From positions 3,410,001 to 3,474,000 of the forward strand of contig OZ218954.1 of the NCBI GenBank assembly GCA_965112735.1: a stretch of 64,000 nt of DNA, in the 5' to 3' direction. This DNA is from Phaeosaccion multiseriatum. Taxonomy: Eukaryota > Protista > Ochrophyta, other classes. Made by a program: the position numbers and the translations under genes. A model generated the notes under the pieces. That model was given only the letters and a program-made list of their open reading frames with translations. It was not told where the DNA came from and searched no databases. Positions 33,052 to 45,414 of the stretch are shown piece by piece (the stretch's first letter is position 1; each line of letters opens with the position of its first letter).

Positions 33052-34638
33052 TCACACGTCAATGGCATCACTGTCGGCTTTGTGATCATAACCGGGATTA
33101 GTGACACCCTTGTCCTCAGAACGGGGATAACCCCTGTCCTCATAACGGGGATAATCCCTGTCCTCAGAACGGGGATAACCTTTGTCCTCAGAGCGGGGAT
33201 AACCTTTGTCCACAGAACGGGGATAACCTGTGTCCTCATAACGGGGATAATCCCTGTCCTCAGAACGGGGATAACCTTTGTCCTCAGAGCGGGGATAACC
33301 TTTGTCCACAAAACGGGGATAACCTGTGTCCTCATAACGGGGATAATCTTTGTCCTCATAACGGGGATAACCCCTGTCCTCAGAACGGGGATAATCCCTG
33401 TCCTCAGAACGGGGATAACCTTTGTCCTCAGAACGGGGATAACCTTTGTCCTCAGAGCGGGGATAACCTTTGTCCACAGAACGGGGATAACCTGTGTCCT
33501 CATAACGGGGATAACCTTTGTCCTCATAACGGGGATAACCCCTGTCCTCAGAACGGGGATAATCCCTGTCCTCAGAACGGGGATAACCTTTGTCCTCAGG
33601 ACGGGGATAAACTTTGTCCTCAGAACGGGGATAACCTTCGTCCTCATAACGGGGATAATCTTTGTCCTCAGAACGGGGATAACCTTTGTCCTCATAACGG
33701 GGATAACCTTTGTCCACAGAACGGGCATAAGTGTGCTCTTCCCTGCCACGGGGAGTAGTGGACTCTTCGCTGTCACGGACACGCATCTGCTGGTCGTCGG
33801 CGAAGGCCACCTCCCAGGGGGTATCAGATTGTTTGAGGCAACCGTCGTCCATGTCTCCAAAGCGAGAAGAGTCTTCCTCGAAATGCACACCATACAGGTA
33901 CACGGCCGCGGGGCCCATACTCACATCGTCAGTATTTCGCAGGCGCGGGTTGCGGCTCCTGATACTGTCTTCCAGCTGGGTCGGCATATCACCCCACGCG
34001 GAGGTTCTTCCGTCTCCATGCAGTGCAACAACGCTCTCGTGGTAGTCACCAAAGGCTCCCATGGGAATGTCGCGATCATCGTCGTTCCAGTTCTCCTCAA
34101 TTTCATTCTCGAAATCTTGGGAGCCGCCCCATTGACGCTCTCCATTGGAAAGCTGAAGGAAATCGCAATCGTCAGCAGTATCGAGGCTAATGGCTGGCCT
34201 ACTTTGCTCTCCCCTGGGCGTACGAAGCGAATTCTCCTCTTCACCAGTACCGTCCCAAAAGTTCCCCTGCCCGTCCGCGCAGCTGCTGAGGCAGCCTTCA
34301 TAGGGGGTCTCCATCATGTGCACTGAATCTTCCAGAAGGATGCTTTCAACGTAGTCGTTCATGCCCTCATTGGGGTGGTAAGTCACGATGTTTCCTCCCT
34401 CCTCCTGATCATAGCCCCCCATCATTGACGACAGCCTGCTACTGCTCTGGCTGGCCCTACGGCTGGGGACAATGGTGGTGTCACCGACGCCTAACCCCCT
34501 CCCGCCTTCCATACTGCTGAATCTCGAGCCCCATGTTGTGCTGCTTCTGGTGCTGGTGGTCCTGGCTGCTGCCAATTTCAAACCGAAGGCACCAATTTGT
34601 TGTAGGACAACAGCTACCACCACAAGCTGCAGTGCCAT
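33052..34638 (-). CDS. Paralogue A: bipartite targeting peptide, ~42-aa beta-repeat domain, 25x octapeptide D(K/R/T)GYPR(S/Y)E
   Basis: Intronless 528-aa ORF, collinear with 35372-36385 apart from the repeat insertion. Confidence 0.8.
   Translation of the reverse strand: MALQLVVVAVVLQQIGAFGLKLAAARTTSTRSSTTWGSRFSSMEGGRGLGVGDTTIVPSRRASQSSSRLSSMMGGYDQEEGGNIVTYHPNEGMNDYVESILLEDSVHMMETPYEGCLSSCADGQGNFWDGTGEEENSLRTPRGEQSRPAISLDTADDCDFLQLSNGERQWGGSQDFENEIEENWNDDDRDIPMGAFGDYHESVVALHGDGRTSAWGDMPTQLEDSIRSRNPRLRNTDDVSMGPAAVYLYGVHFEEDSSRFGDMDDGCLKQSDTPWEVAFADDQQMRVRDSEESTTPRGREEHTYARSVDKGYPRYEDKGYPRSEDKDYPRYEDEGYPRSEDKVYPRPEDKGYPRSEDRDYPRSEDRGYPRYEDKGYPRYEDTGYPRSVDKGYPRSEDKGYPRSEDKGYPRSEDRDYPRSEDRGYPRYEDKDYPRYEDTGYPRFVDKGYPRSEDKGYPRSEDRDYPRYEDTGYPRSVDKGYPRSEDKGYPRSEDRDYPRYEDRGYPRSEDKGVTNPGYDHKADSDAIDV
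33115..33714 (-). repeat. 24-bp coding minisatellite, 25 units
   Basis: Plus-strand unit acggggataacctttgtcctcaga with point variants. Confidence 0.95.
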
Positions 34639-35371
34639 ACTGAGACCTCACGAGTGGCCCTCTTGTGAAGAAGTCCAAGTCCACGCTCGCTCTTCCTCTC
34701 TCCTGCAAGCCTCTTTATTTTCTCGTTATTTGCAGGTTATTGTTCAGGGGGGGGGGGCGGGGGGGGGACTTTGTTATAAGTCAGGGAAATCTATTTTGGC
34801 GGGGATGGAAGACACGGGGATTGACGGGAGACTTGTCAAAACAAAGAGCTGTGGAAGGTGCCATCGATGCCTTCGGTCGCAAGCATCTGCTCGTTCTGGA
34901 CCAGCCCCTCCCCGGGCTCGTCGTCACTCAGGACTGTCCAAGCAGATGGCAGCAGATGGCCCTCTTTACTCTTTACTGAGACAGCACTGAGGCGCGTCAA
35001 GAAAAACCGTCCATAACGACAACTGTCTACTTTCATGAATGTGGCCATTGATTTAGTTGTATTACTGTAGTCTCCCTTTGCCTTGTTATACTGTATTTAC
35101 TCCCTGTGCTACTACCTCTCCCTATTGTCATCATTCCACACAATCTAGAATACACCTATGAGCAATACCTCCCTCCACTTGAAAACATTCTTACCCTCTC
35201 CCCAATAATAATTCCATATTTCATCGCCCACTCCGGGGCTTCTCTGAGGGCCATTCCTCTTTCCACGTGGGAAACAATTTACACTTGCCTTGTCAACCAG
35301 AGCTCTGGATTTGGATTTGTTCTCACAGAGCCCTGGATTTGTGCTCACAGCTCACATCCTTTGTGACGCTC

Positions 35372-36385
35372 TCAGACATCAATGGCATCATCAACATTGG
35401 CTTTGTCATCGCGGCCAGAATCAGTTTCAGCTTCCTCATCATCAGTGTCATCTTTGTCGTCATCATACCGGCCATCAACAACGTCCACTATGTTGTAGCG
35501 GACAAGATACTGGTTGCCCTCCGCGAATGTCACCTCCCGGGGCTGATCGACACCACGAAGGCCTCGGACGTAAGTGTCATCCATGCCTCCGAAGCGAGAA
35601 GAGCCGTCCTCGAAACGGATGAAGTACTCCCCAGCCGGACCCATGCTCACATAGTCAGGAACTGGTGGGCTGCTGCGGCTGATATAGTTTTCCAGCTGGG
35701 TCGGGACATCACGCCACGTGGAGGTTCCATCTCCATACAGCACAACAAAGCTGCCGAAGGATTCGCCGAAGGCTACCATGCGAATCTCGCGATCTTCATA
35801 CTGACTCCTCTCGATCACATCATCGAGATACTCGGAGCCCCTCCACTGGCGCTCTCCGTTTTCAAACTGAAGGAAATAGCGACCCCCAGTCCCGAGGCTG
35901 ATGGCTGTTGGCCTACCTTGCTCTCCCCTGTTAACACTAAGCGCATTCTCCACTTCCGGTGGCAACCCAGCGGCCCCTTCTCCCCAGTAGCACTGCCCGT
36001 CCACGCAGGTGTAGAGGCAGCCTCCAGAGGGGGTCAGCATCATGTACACAGTATCTTCCAGCGGGATGTTATCAATGTACTCGTGCAAGCCCTCGTTGAA
36101 GTAGTAAGTCACGAGTCTTCCTCGCTCATCGCCATCATCATAGTCCCTCATCGTAGACAGTAGCCGGGAGGCCGAATTAATGCGAATGATGCTCATACCA
36201 CCGACGCTGACGCCCCTCCCGCTTCCCGCACTGCCGAGGCTCGAGGCCCATGTCCTCCTTCTCCTGCTGCTGCTGCTGCTGCTGCTGGTCGGGGCGGACA
36301 AGGGTCCTTGAACAAAGAACGCAGCCACTTCAAGTGCGAAAGAAAGCAGCAGCAGAGTTCCCGCCACACCCAGCTGCCGCGCCAT
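35372..36385 (-). CDS. Paralogue B: bipartite targeting peptide, uncharacterised ~42-aa repeat domain (vslG..g.yf..f.dG...W..lP..le), acidic tail
   Basis: MARQLGVAGTLLLLSFALEVAAFF...; ISLGTGGRYFLQFENGERQW, VAFGESFGSFVVLYGDGTSTWRDVPTQLE, VSMGPAGEYFIRFEDGSSRF. Confidence 0.82.
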   Translation of the reverse strand: MARQLGVAGTLLLLSFALEVAAFFVQGPLSAPTSSSSSSSRRRRTWASSLGSAGSGRGVSVGGMSIIRINSASRLLSTMRDYDDGDERGRLVTYYFNEGLHEYIDNIPLEDTVYMMLTPSGGCLYTCVDGQCYWGEGAAGLPPEVENALSVNRGEQGRPTAISLGTGGRYFLQFENGERQWRGSEYLDDVIERSQYEDREIRMVAFGESFGSFVVLYGDGTSTWRDVPTQLENYISRSSPPVPDYVSMGPAGEYFIRFEDGSSRFGGMDDTYVRGLRGVDQPREVTFAEGNQYLVRYNIVDVVDGRYDDDKDDTDDEEAETDSGRDDKANVDDAIDV

Positions 36386-37099
36386 ATTGAGACCTCGCAT
36401 TGGTCCTCTTGTGAAGTGGATTCCTTGCCCGCTCCTTCTCTGTCATGCAGGAATGAAGGTTATTACTTCGTGCTGAGCCTTGAGGAGGAAGAGAAAAACC
36501 ATACGTCAATGAATTCTCCTCCTCCCTTTCTTTCTGTTTTCTTTTCCTTTCTTTCCCCCAGCTATTGTAGGGCAGCAGAAAGTAATTACACCCCCAAAAA
36601 GGAAATGAACTCATCCTGTCCATCAATGCGAGCGTCTGCGTGATCCGGACCAGCCCCCCCGCCCCCCCCCCCGGCCTCCTCGTGTCACTGACCAGGGAGT
36701 GTCCAGCAGATGGCATCAGAAGGAGAGGAAAGAGAAAAAAGGACTGAGCAAACAAGACCAGAACAGGACTCTCTTCTTCTGCCGCACGCTGACCACAGCC
36801 CAGACAGCCTGCCTTTGAGGAACAATTGCTTCTAGGAGCTTGCATCAAGGAGCACGTCGCAGCTGCTGGGGCTCATGAACAACGAGCCGGCGCCATCGAG
36901 CAACAATGGAAACTGAGTACTTTCATGCATGTGGCCATTTGATTTAGTGTACATTCCTACAGTGCAATTCCCCCCCAAAACGAAAAAAAAACCTACTCCC
37001 CTCTTATCCCCCTTCAATACGTAAAACATCTTCAACTCCCCACCACCACTTCCCTCCTGCACTTGCTTCGTCAACAGAGACGTGGATTTGTTCTCACTG

Positions 37100-38200
37100 C
37101 TCACAGCCTTCACGATGCTCTCAAACACCGACGGCATCAATGCTTTGGTATCAAGGCCATCAGATTGTTTGAGGCAGACGTCGTCCACACCTCCAAAGCG
37201 AGAAGAGCCACCTCGGAATGCGAAAAGTATTCGCATGCGAGGCGGGGCCCATCTTTTCGGCCTCCTCCTGCCTGGCTGATACTGTCTTCCAGCTGGCCCG
37301 GCAAATCACGCCACGCGGAGGTTCTCCAGCACAAACAAGATTTCGCGACGTTCGCCTTGGGCTACCATAAGAATGTCGTGATCCTCAGTGAGAAAACCAG
37401 CACCTCCCCTCCACAGGGAGGAGCACGGCCCCTCCCTCGCAGTTACAGAGGCCGCCTCCAGAGCGGACAGCCATATTACCTTACTCTCCCTTGTTGCGCG
37501 AACGAAGCGCAGTGTCCACTTCAGTGAGCAGACCAGCACCTCCCACCCACAGGCAGGAGCACTGCCCGTCCGGGCAGTTACAGAGGCCACCTCCAGAGAG
37601 GTTCAGAATGGCTGTTTTACCTTCCTCTCCCTTGTTGGGCGAACGAAGCGTAGTGTCCACTTCAGTGGGCACACCAGCACCTATCCCCCACAGGCAGGAG
37701 CACGGCCCGTCGCAGTTACAGAGGCCACCTCCAGAGGGGTTCAGCATGGCTGTTGTAGCTTGCTCTCCCTTGTTCGGCGAACGAAGCGCAGTGTCCACAT
37801 CAATGAGCAAACCCGCACTTCCCCACAGGCAGGAGCACGGCCCGATGTGGTTACAGAGGCCGCCTCGAGAGCGGGTCAACATGGCCTCTTCCGGCGGGAC
37901 GACAACGGCGGAATCGTGCATGCCCTCGTTCTTGAGGTCGAACGTCGGGAGGTTTCCTCGCCGAAGACGGGTGCTCTGGATGGCCGTGCTTCTGCGGACG
38001 GAGCCCATGCCACCGATGCTGACGCCCCTCCCGCCCCCCATACTGCGGAAGCTCGGGGCCCATGCCCTGTTGCTGCTGTGGGTGCTGCTGCTGCTGCTGC
38101 TGGTTGGGGCGGTCAATATGAAAGGTCCGCGAACAAAGGCAAGGGAGGAAGAAAATAATGAAAGAAGGAGTGGAAGAGCAACAGCCAGCTGCCGAACCAT
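37100..38200 (-). pseudogene. Paralogue C: disrupted copy with an internal ~120-bp amplification and an early stop
   Basis: Same leader. GGLCN..G.CSCLW..GAG..TEVDT.LRS.NKGE is repeated 3 times before the stop at 37481. Downstream remnants (WRDLPGQLEDSI; SSRFGGVDDVCLKQSD) lie in different frames. Confidence 0.75.
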
Positions 38201-38718
38201 ACTTATTAGGACCTTGCGGCTTGTCTTGTGAAGTAGTCACTCGCCCCCTCTTTCTCTCTCTCTCTCTTCTATCTTTTTTGCCCAATAATAATCGAATTAA
38301 TCCTTTCAACAGGTGACGTTTCGTATATTTCACAGGTGTGGCACGGGTCATAAGTCAATAATTTGGGGGGCGCCTTGGAAGCATTACAATGTATTGAAGA
38401 GAAAAAGACAAAAGCTTCTTATCTCCTCTCTGGGCAGGTCATGTTTATCTCCCAGATGTCCCCCGATCAGAATGAAGCCTACCAGCGGCTGCGCAGAGCG
38501 CAGAGCAGCGACTGGAACGGAGACTACCCCTGGATGATACCGTAAGAGGATGAACAACGGTTGTAGGGCTGGATCTTCTTACGCTCTCACGCCCTTCCCT
38601 TTCCTTGCGTGATCCTCTACGCCCTTTGCTGACAACATCACCGCGACTTTGCCATGCAACGAATAGGCGGCGGCAGGAGGATCGTGGCGAGGACGGTAGC
38701 ACATTACTCGGACAGCTC

Positions 38719-39116
38719 ATGAGTGGCCGCTTCTGGTGGGGCCATTACCTGCTTCTGGTGTGCTTCATCTTCTTTGCTTCCACCGTGTGAGTGCACCTGT
38801 TTGGGGGTGAGCCCAACGAGGGGGTTCAGGTTCAGGGGAGCCCTAGTCCTTTCCAATTAGGAAGGGGAAAGTCCATCCTTTCCAGTTCTCTCCCCTCCGA
38901 CTCATCCCGTACCCACTCCTCCTCCTGCTGCTACCCCTACTCCCCAGCTACGCCATGGTGTTCTCCAAGCTCATGCCGGTGACCCGTCACGCCCTGCTGG
39001 ACGGCATGCGTGAGGACTACTACTACTGCTACCTTGTGCCGCTCACCATTGTGCCCACTCTCATCGTCACCCACATGCGCTGGGTATCTATGAAGTGCTT
39101 CAGGCACAGCAGCTGA
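38719..39116 (+). CDS. PIGY: PIG-Y, GPI-GlcNAc transferase subunit Y (2 exons: 38719-38786, 38948-39116)
   Basis: Spliced product MSGRFWWGHYLLLVCFIFFASTVYAMVFSKLMPVTRHALLDGMREDYYYCYLVPLTIVPTLIVTHMRWVSMKCFRHSS fits the PIG-Y pattern SKLLP...DxYYCxLVPLT...WxSMKxF. Intron gtgagt...ccccag. Not captured by the ORF track. Confidence 0.88.
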
Positions 39117-39159
39117 AGTCAGCGCGGGAGGGGAAGGGTTACTGTTTGCCTGCTCAAGC

Positions 39160-39350
39160 AGTCATCGAGTGACAGATGGAGAAACAGCGCTGTTGTGTTG
39201 ACCACATGCGGACGAGAACGGACGAACCCCGAAAGAGCTGGCGTCTGCGAGGTCCAGGTGTTTGCTCTGCACACGCGTCTCGAGAGAGTCATCGCCCTCT
39301 CCGACGGAGAGAGGAGAGAGAAGGAGAAGGAGCAGGAGCAGGGCCACTAA
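39160..39350 (+). pseudogene. Possible ankyrin-repeat remnant
   Basis: One frame reads VTDGETALLC*PHADENGRTPKELA, with DGETAL and NGRTP ankyrin-like words and an internal stop. Confidence 0.3.
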
Positions 39351-40970
39351 ACCCTTGACGCAGCTGAGCTGTTCAATCCCTGCACCACCGCACCCCCCTG
39401 CGGTCTGTCTCGGAGCATGTGAGCTTGCTCGAGGCCTGCGTCGGACGAGGTCCTTGTGATGTCGATATCGATCTGTAGTGTCGAGGTACACTGTATCGAG
39501 ACATCACAACAGATCGGCCTCTCCGTGTGACGCTCGGGACAGCGTCTCTTTTCAGAACTCAGTGTTCAGTACTGGGTACTGTGTGCGCCTCTGGGACAGT
39601 TCTCTCTGATGCACTCAGAGTGTGCGCCTCTCGTGTGGCTTGTGGCATGAGACGGGCCGGTTCTCACGTGTGAAGGAGATGCAGGAGGAGGATTTGTCGT
39701 TGGTCTTGTTGCTCTTGTGGTGCGTGACTGCATCGACGACGAGCGAGGCAATGCGAAGTGAACGCCAAGCGAGAGGGCAACACGGCGCCTCGACACATGC
39801 CGTGGCAGCAGCGGTGGGCAGTCGCGTTAGGCAGGGAGTGGGGCTGACCTTCTGCAGTCTTAGTTTCAGTTTTTTGGGCCCTTGGTCGTTCGATCGATCA
39901 ACATATACCAAGCATTATGAAGTCGATCTCGATATCGACACGCCTTTTCGGCTGGCAAAGGGCACTCCCTGAGAGAGGCTCTAGCGCTGGGGTGGACGCT
40001 CGGACTGGCACTGGAGGCAGTTCCTCCCTCCACCCCTCCCTTGATGGAGTACATGGATGGCTGGCCCCGGGGGTGTGATGCTTCCGAACGGTGGTCTGAA
40101 GTAGCAGGGACTGACTGCCCCCCCCCCGCGTGCATCGCAGACTGAGGGTGGCGAGTGATAGTGAGAGTGGCGACTACGCTGCGGCAGATGGAGCTCGTCG
40201 ATGGTAGCAGATGGGGTCCGTCTGTGGATGGCAGCAGATGGGAACCCTACGTGAAGGACCGAGTCGAGGCCTTGGCGGGGCAGGAGAAGAAGGGAAAGAA
40301 GGGCTTCGCAGACGCTTTCGCCGACCGCCTCTGCAGGAAGCAAGACGAGAGAGACAGATTCACAGCTGTCAACGCGGTGGTGTACCACATCTCACATCTT
40401 CTACATCGTTGGTGCGTCTGCCTACTCTGAGTGAGGCCGCCAAGGACGGGGTCCCCGAGTGGTGTGAGTGCGACTGGTGGGTAGGGCCGGTGGGGACAGA
40501 GCAGGGCCAAGCAGCTGTGTAGCATGCACACCATGCGTTTGCAGTTGATGGAGGAGCTTCTGGTGCTCTGAGTACTTACTGAGTACTTCGTTGTACGATT
40601 TTTGGTTCTCAGGGAAGGAGGAGAGAGGAGGAAGAGGAGGAGGAAGGAGAAGAAGGAGGAGGGAGAGAGGCGGAGTAATAAGTGTAGGATGAGGATGAGG
40701 AGGAAGAGGAGGAGGGGGGAGAGAAGAAGCATTGAGGAGGAGGCTGATGGGGGAAGCAGGACGAGGGGCGGCGTTGTGTTGCAGCGTTGGTTCAGGGGGG
40801 GGGTAGGGAGAGCAGCAGTTACGCGAACAATGTGTGGCTGTGGTGGAGAGTAACCGACGGGAGGTACAAAGTACAGAAAGAAAAGAAGAAGGACCTGAAG
40901 AAAGGAAACTTGGAGTAATTTATATACATGGACCTGCCCTTCCTCCTTACCTCCCACCCTACTACTACAC

Positions 40971-41225
40971 TTACCTCCATTCGAACGCCGCCCCCACGGC
41001 AAGGTGGTCTGAAGCAGACCACGAGTTGGGCAGAAAGTCCTCCGTCCTCATCATCTTCTCACGTGCTTCTGCGGACAGCGCCTCTCTCACCGCCACAGGC
41101 CGAAGAGCTTCGGTGGCGTAGTACAAATAGTCGTACGTGTCTTGGTAGGGAGGACAGGGCTCGCTCTTCCCATCACCGCCAGCACTACTACTACTGCCGC
41201 TGCTGTTGCTGCTACTGCTGCTATT

Positions 41226-41309
<84 letters not shown>

Positions 41310-44115
41310 GCTACTCTTTGCTATCTCCACCTTGCACATCGCCAAGTCGTGAGCAACTCCCCAGTACTTGCCGCCCTCCAACTCGCTCATGTAGATGGAC
41401 AGCAGGTCTGTGTGTGTTGGCAAAAGGGAGGGAGGGAGGGAGAGACAGGGGGAGAGAGAGAGGGGGAAGGAGGGAGGGAGGGAGTGAGAGAGGGGGAGGG
41501 AAGGAGATGGAGGGAGGAAGAGAGGAAGGGACAAAGGGAAGGAGAGAGAGCGGAACGGGGGAAGGGGGGACGGGGATGAGGGGGTGAGGGGGGAAGGGGA
41601 CGCCACCGGACGAGAGAGAGAACGAGCGAAAGAGAATGAGAGAGACGGGGGACCCCATTGTCTTTCCTCGGGAACAGGGGTGCCAGTGACAACCCAACTG
41701 ACACTCCAACTGAAGCCTAAAGCTCACCTTCGACAGTGAGGGTCTCCTCCCCCTTCTCCTCCATGATTCGCACAGCGCTGCGATACTCGCTGCCCCGTCC
41801 CAGTCGGCCGTTGATGACCATAAGCCAGCGTTCCACACCGGCCAAGTCCATCACTGCTGTATCACCAACTGCTGGTGCTGCTGCGAACATGGCGTGGATT
41901 TGAGCAATGCCTCTCTTCAAGGCCTCAGTTGGGAGGCCTGTGACTTGGTCGACATACAACGGCCGAAGCTGTGGGACGATGAGGGTGGAAGGACTGCTGC
42001 AGCTGCCATCCACTGCCACCTCCCTGCTGCTGCCACCGCTACCGTTGTCGCTCTGCTGTCGCTGCTGCTGTTTTCGGAGGCCTCCGCCGCTGCTGTAGGC
42101 CTCTCTGTTAACGTCCGCGAGGCAGCCGAAGGCGTGCTTCTTGGCTTTGGAGGTGATGGCAACCTTATTGGACGGGTGAGAGGGGGAGGGGGGGAGGTGT
42201 TGCGCATGTATGTGTATCCTTTCCTCCCCCCCCCGCTACCTACATACCTACGTACCTATGTACCTGTCTTCCTTCTCCGCCTTTTTACCTACCTCCCTTT
42301 TTACCTACCTACCTACTTAGCTACCTACATCCTTCTTATTTACCTACCTACCTACCTACCTACCTACCTACCTACCTACCTACCTACCTACCTACCCACC
42401 CTGACCTACCTGGGGAAACTTGTCTTCCTTGAAAGTAGGAAGCACCTCTCCCTCCTGCAACAGGCGATGCACGGCAGTGTCGCCATACCCATTAAAGTCT
42501 CCACACACAACGATGGCAGTGGATGGCGGAGGATGGTCGCCGGCGTTGGCTTTTCCTTTTCCTTTGTCGCTGGACTTGGCTCCTCCTCCTCCTTTTGACT
42601 TGCCCTTTTCGTTTCACATGTGATCCGAGGTTATGAATGTTACAGAAACGGCGGCGGGTGGGTGGGAGGAAGGGAGGGAGTGGAGATGAGATGGAACGTG
42701 TGGATGAGGATCCAGGACCAGGAGGGCAGGAAGCAAAGGTAAAGCAAAAAAAGGAAGAGGGTGCGAGCAAAGTCGAGTGCACTGACAGACACAGAGAGAA
42801 GGACGCAGCCAGAGCGAGATGGATAGAGAGATGCAGAGAATGAGAGACAGAGAGGAAGGGAGGGAGGGAAGGAAGGAAGGAGGCAAGGGGACGAGGGGCG
42901 CTCCTCACCTTCTTGGCCACACTCTTCTCCTTGTTCTTCCTATTAACGTCCTTCTTCACTTGCTCCAGCCCTTCGAACACCTGCCTCATGCGCCGCTCGG
43001 GGGAAGGTCCTCCGGTCTGTGCGCGCGCGCGTGTGTGTGTGCGTGTGCGCACGGAGAGAGGTTGGCGAGAGGCGGTTCGGGGGTGTGGGTGGGTGGGTGG
43101 GGGGGGGGGGGGGGTCAGGGTTCGGGCAGTAGGAGTAGGAGCAGCGACAGCAGCCGTTGGTGATACAGCAGCCGCAACAGCAGTACAAAAAAGGCTCTTG
43201 AGCGAGGTGGAGGGCTGAAACTACTCACCAGGTGGCAGTTGAGAACGTAAACCAGCTTGTCTTCTTCTTGTTCATCTCCTTCTATTCCTGTGGTATCACC
43301 AACTGCTGCTTCTGCTGCTGATGCTGCGGTTTCTCCTTCTGCTGCGGATGGTCTTGTCACATGCAACGCCCCTATCTCTGTGTCTATCTCTGTCCCTGTC
43401 TCTGTTCTGCTGGGCTGTATCCAGCGGAGGCCGGTGAGGAGGGTCCTGTCTTTGTGAGCCTCCATGTCCAAAGCAAACTTGTCCTTACGCCAGAATGTCG
43501 CAGAACGGAATCGAAACTTGTTATGCAGCAGGGAGTCGTAGCTGGGGGGAGGGGACAGACAGACAGACAGACAGACAGACAGGCAGACAGACAGAGAGAC
43601 GGATAGACAGAGAGACAGCCAGACAGACAGACAAATAGACAGAGAGAGAGGCGCACACACACACACACACACACACACGGACAGACAGATAAACAGACAA
43701 GCAGACAGACAGACGACAGAGACACACACAGACAGAAGGGAAGGGAAGGGAAGGGAAAACAGGGTGAGAGCCATTGAATTGAATGAGAGTAGTGGTAGCC
43801 CAGTGAGACCTCTACACCTTCTGCATTGGACATTGATCTCTCCACAGCATCCAACCCTCTCGTCTGGTCCTTCGCTGTTCTGAATAGTGAGGAGGAGCGC
43901 TCAGAAAGGGTACAGAAGGCACTTGATGGGGTGTTCCCTCCCCCCTCCTTCCCTCCACACCCTCCTCCCTCCCTTTTCTCCTCCCTCCCTCCCTGCCTCC
44001 CCTCCCTCCTCCCCCCCCCTGCCTCCCTCGGAAGACGCTCTTACCCTGCTTCCTTCAAGAAGGAGAAGTCTTCTTCGAAGGTCTCAGCGCTTGCCTCCTG
44101 CTCCCCCGCGCACGT

Positions 44116-44210
<95 letters not shown>

Positions 44211-45414
44211 CATGATCACGTCAGACGAAAGGAGGGAAGGTTCTCCAGGTCAAGTGAAAGCGAAAGGGGTGCGAAACTGGAGGCCGACCGACGCACCTGA
44301 ACACAGAGGATGTCGGGGGAAGCCCCCAGCATGACCTCCTTTAGCAACCCGCGGCGGTAGGGCCAGGCACGGTGCTCCATCGGCACTGTGGACTGGGGAG
44401 GTCGGAGGGGTAGGTGAGAAGGGTGGGTGGGTGGTGGGAGGGAGGGGGAGGCGAGAGAGGGAGGGAGAGAGGGAGGAGGAGAGGGAAAGAGGTAGAGAGA
44501 GAGAGGGAAGGAGCGAGAGAGAGAGAGGGAGGGAGGGAGGGAGGGAGGGAAGGCGGGAGGGAAGGAGGGAGGCATGGAGATGGGGAGGGATGTGACATGA
44601 CACAATGACACAGAGAGACGACGGAAGGAGGAGGACCGGAGCATGGACGAGTGAAGAGCAGAGGTTTAGATTGGGTAGAAGCTCGAAGAGTGAAGGGCGA
44701 CCCCTTATCGTGGACAGGAGGAATGAACATACTTGCACTTGCGCCACATACCAACCTGGTATGTTTTGTAGATCCACCATCCGTCGCTGCCATTGGGAAG
44801 CAGCACTGGTGGTAGCAGTAAGAAGAGCACAGAGTCACAGAACATCCAGTCAGACGGAAGAGAGGGTGTAGCTCCGAGAGAAGGAAAAGAAGCTGGTACT
44901 CCTTACACGCCTCTCCTCGAAAGAGTCCTCAGTCTCGCAGCCCCCCCTTTGTCTCTCCCTCCCCCCCTCCTCCCCCCCCTCCCTCCCTCCCTACCTCCCC
45001 CCCCCTCCCTCTCTCCCTCCCTCCTCCCTCACCATTATAGCTCAGCACGCTGAATCCCACACTGCCCATCTGAGGCATTGGTTCGGTGTTGGGCAGGATG
45101 TGGATTGGCGGGTCCGTGTGTGCACATCGCGCTGTACTTGACGATGATGAGGGCATTTTCGCATTCCTGCTAGTGCCTGTGCTGCTACTGCTGCTGCCGC
45201 CGGCCTTTGACAGCACGGAGTACTTCCTGGTGCTATGAAGCACCACGCCTGGCATCCTGCTTCCCATCCCTGGCGCTGCAAGGAATGCACTGACAGCGCG
45301 TCCTCTTGTATCTTTCCCTTGAGAGCAGACCAAAGCGGGAAAGGAACAGGGCAGGCAAAAGAGTTGAAGCAAGGAGAGTGCGGATGCCAAAGTATTCCTC
45401 CCTATGGGCATCAT
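40971..45414 (-). CDS. Multi-exon endonuclease/exonuclease/phosphatase (CCR4/angel/nocturnin-like) protein, possibly plastid-targeted
   Basis: [75 protein letters not shown]. Hydrophobic N-terminus with AVSAF. Start uncertain (45414 or 45456). Confidence 0.88.

Noticed and set aside
33115-33714. CRISPR-like array (24-bp repeats)
   Set aside because: Units are contiguous with no unique spacers and encode an in-frame octapeptide; no cas genes; eukaryotic context.
32899-34326. 475-aa plus-strand ORF (GITFVLRT repeats) and the 301-aa alternative-frame ORF
   Set aside because: Shadow frames of a stop-free 24-bp minisatellite. The minus frame 33052-34638 has the signal peptide and paralogue support.
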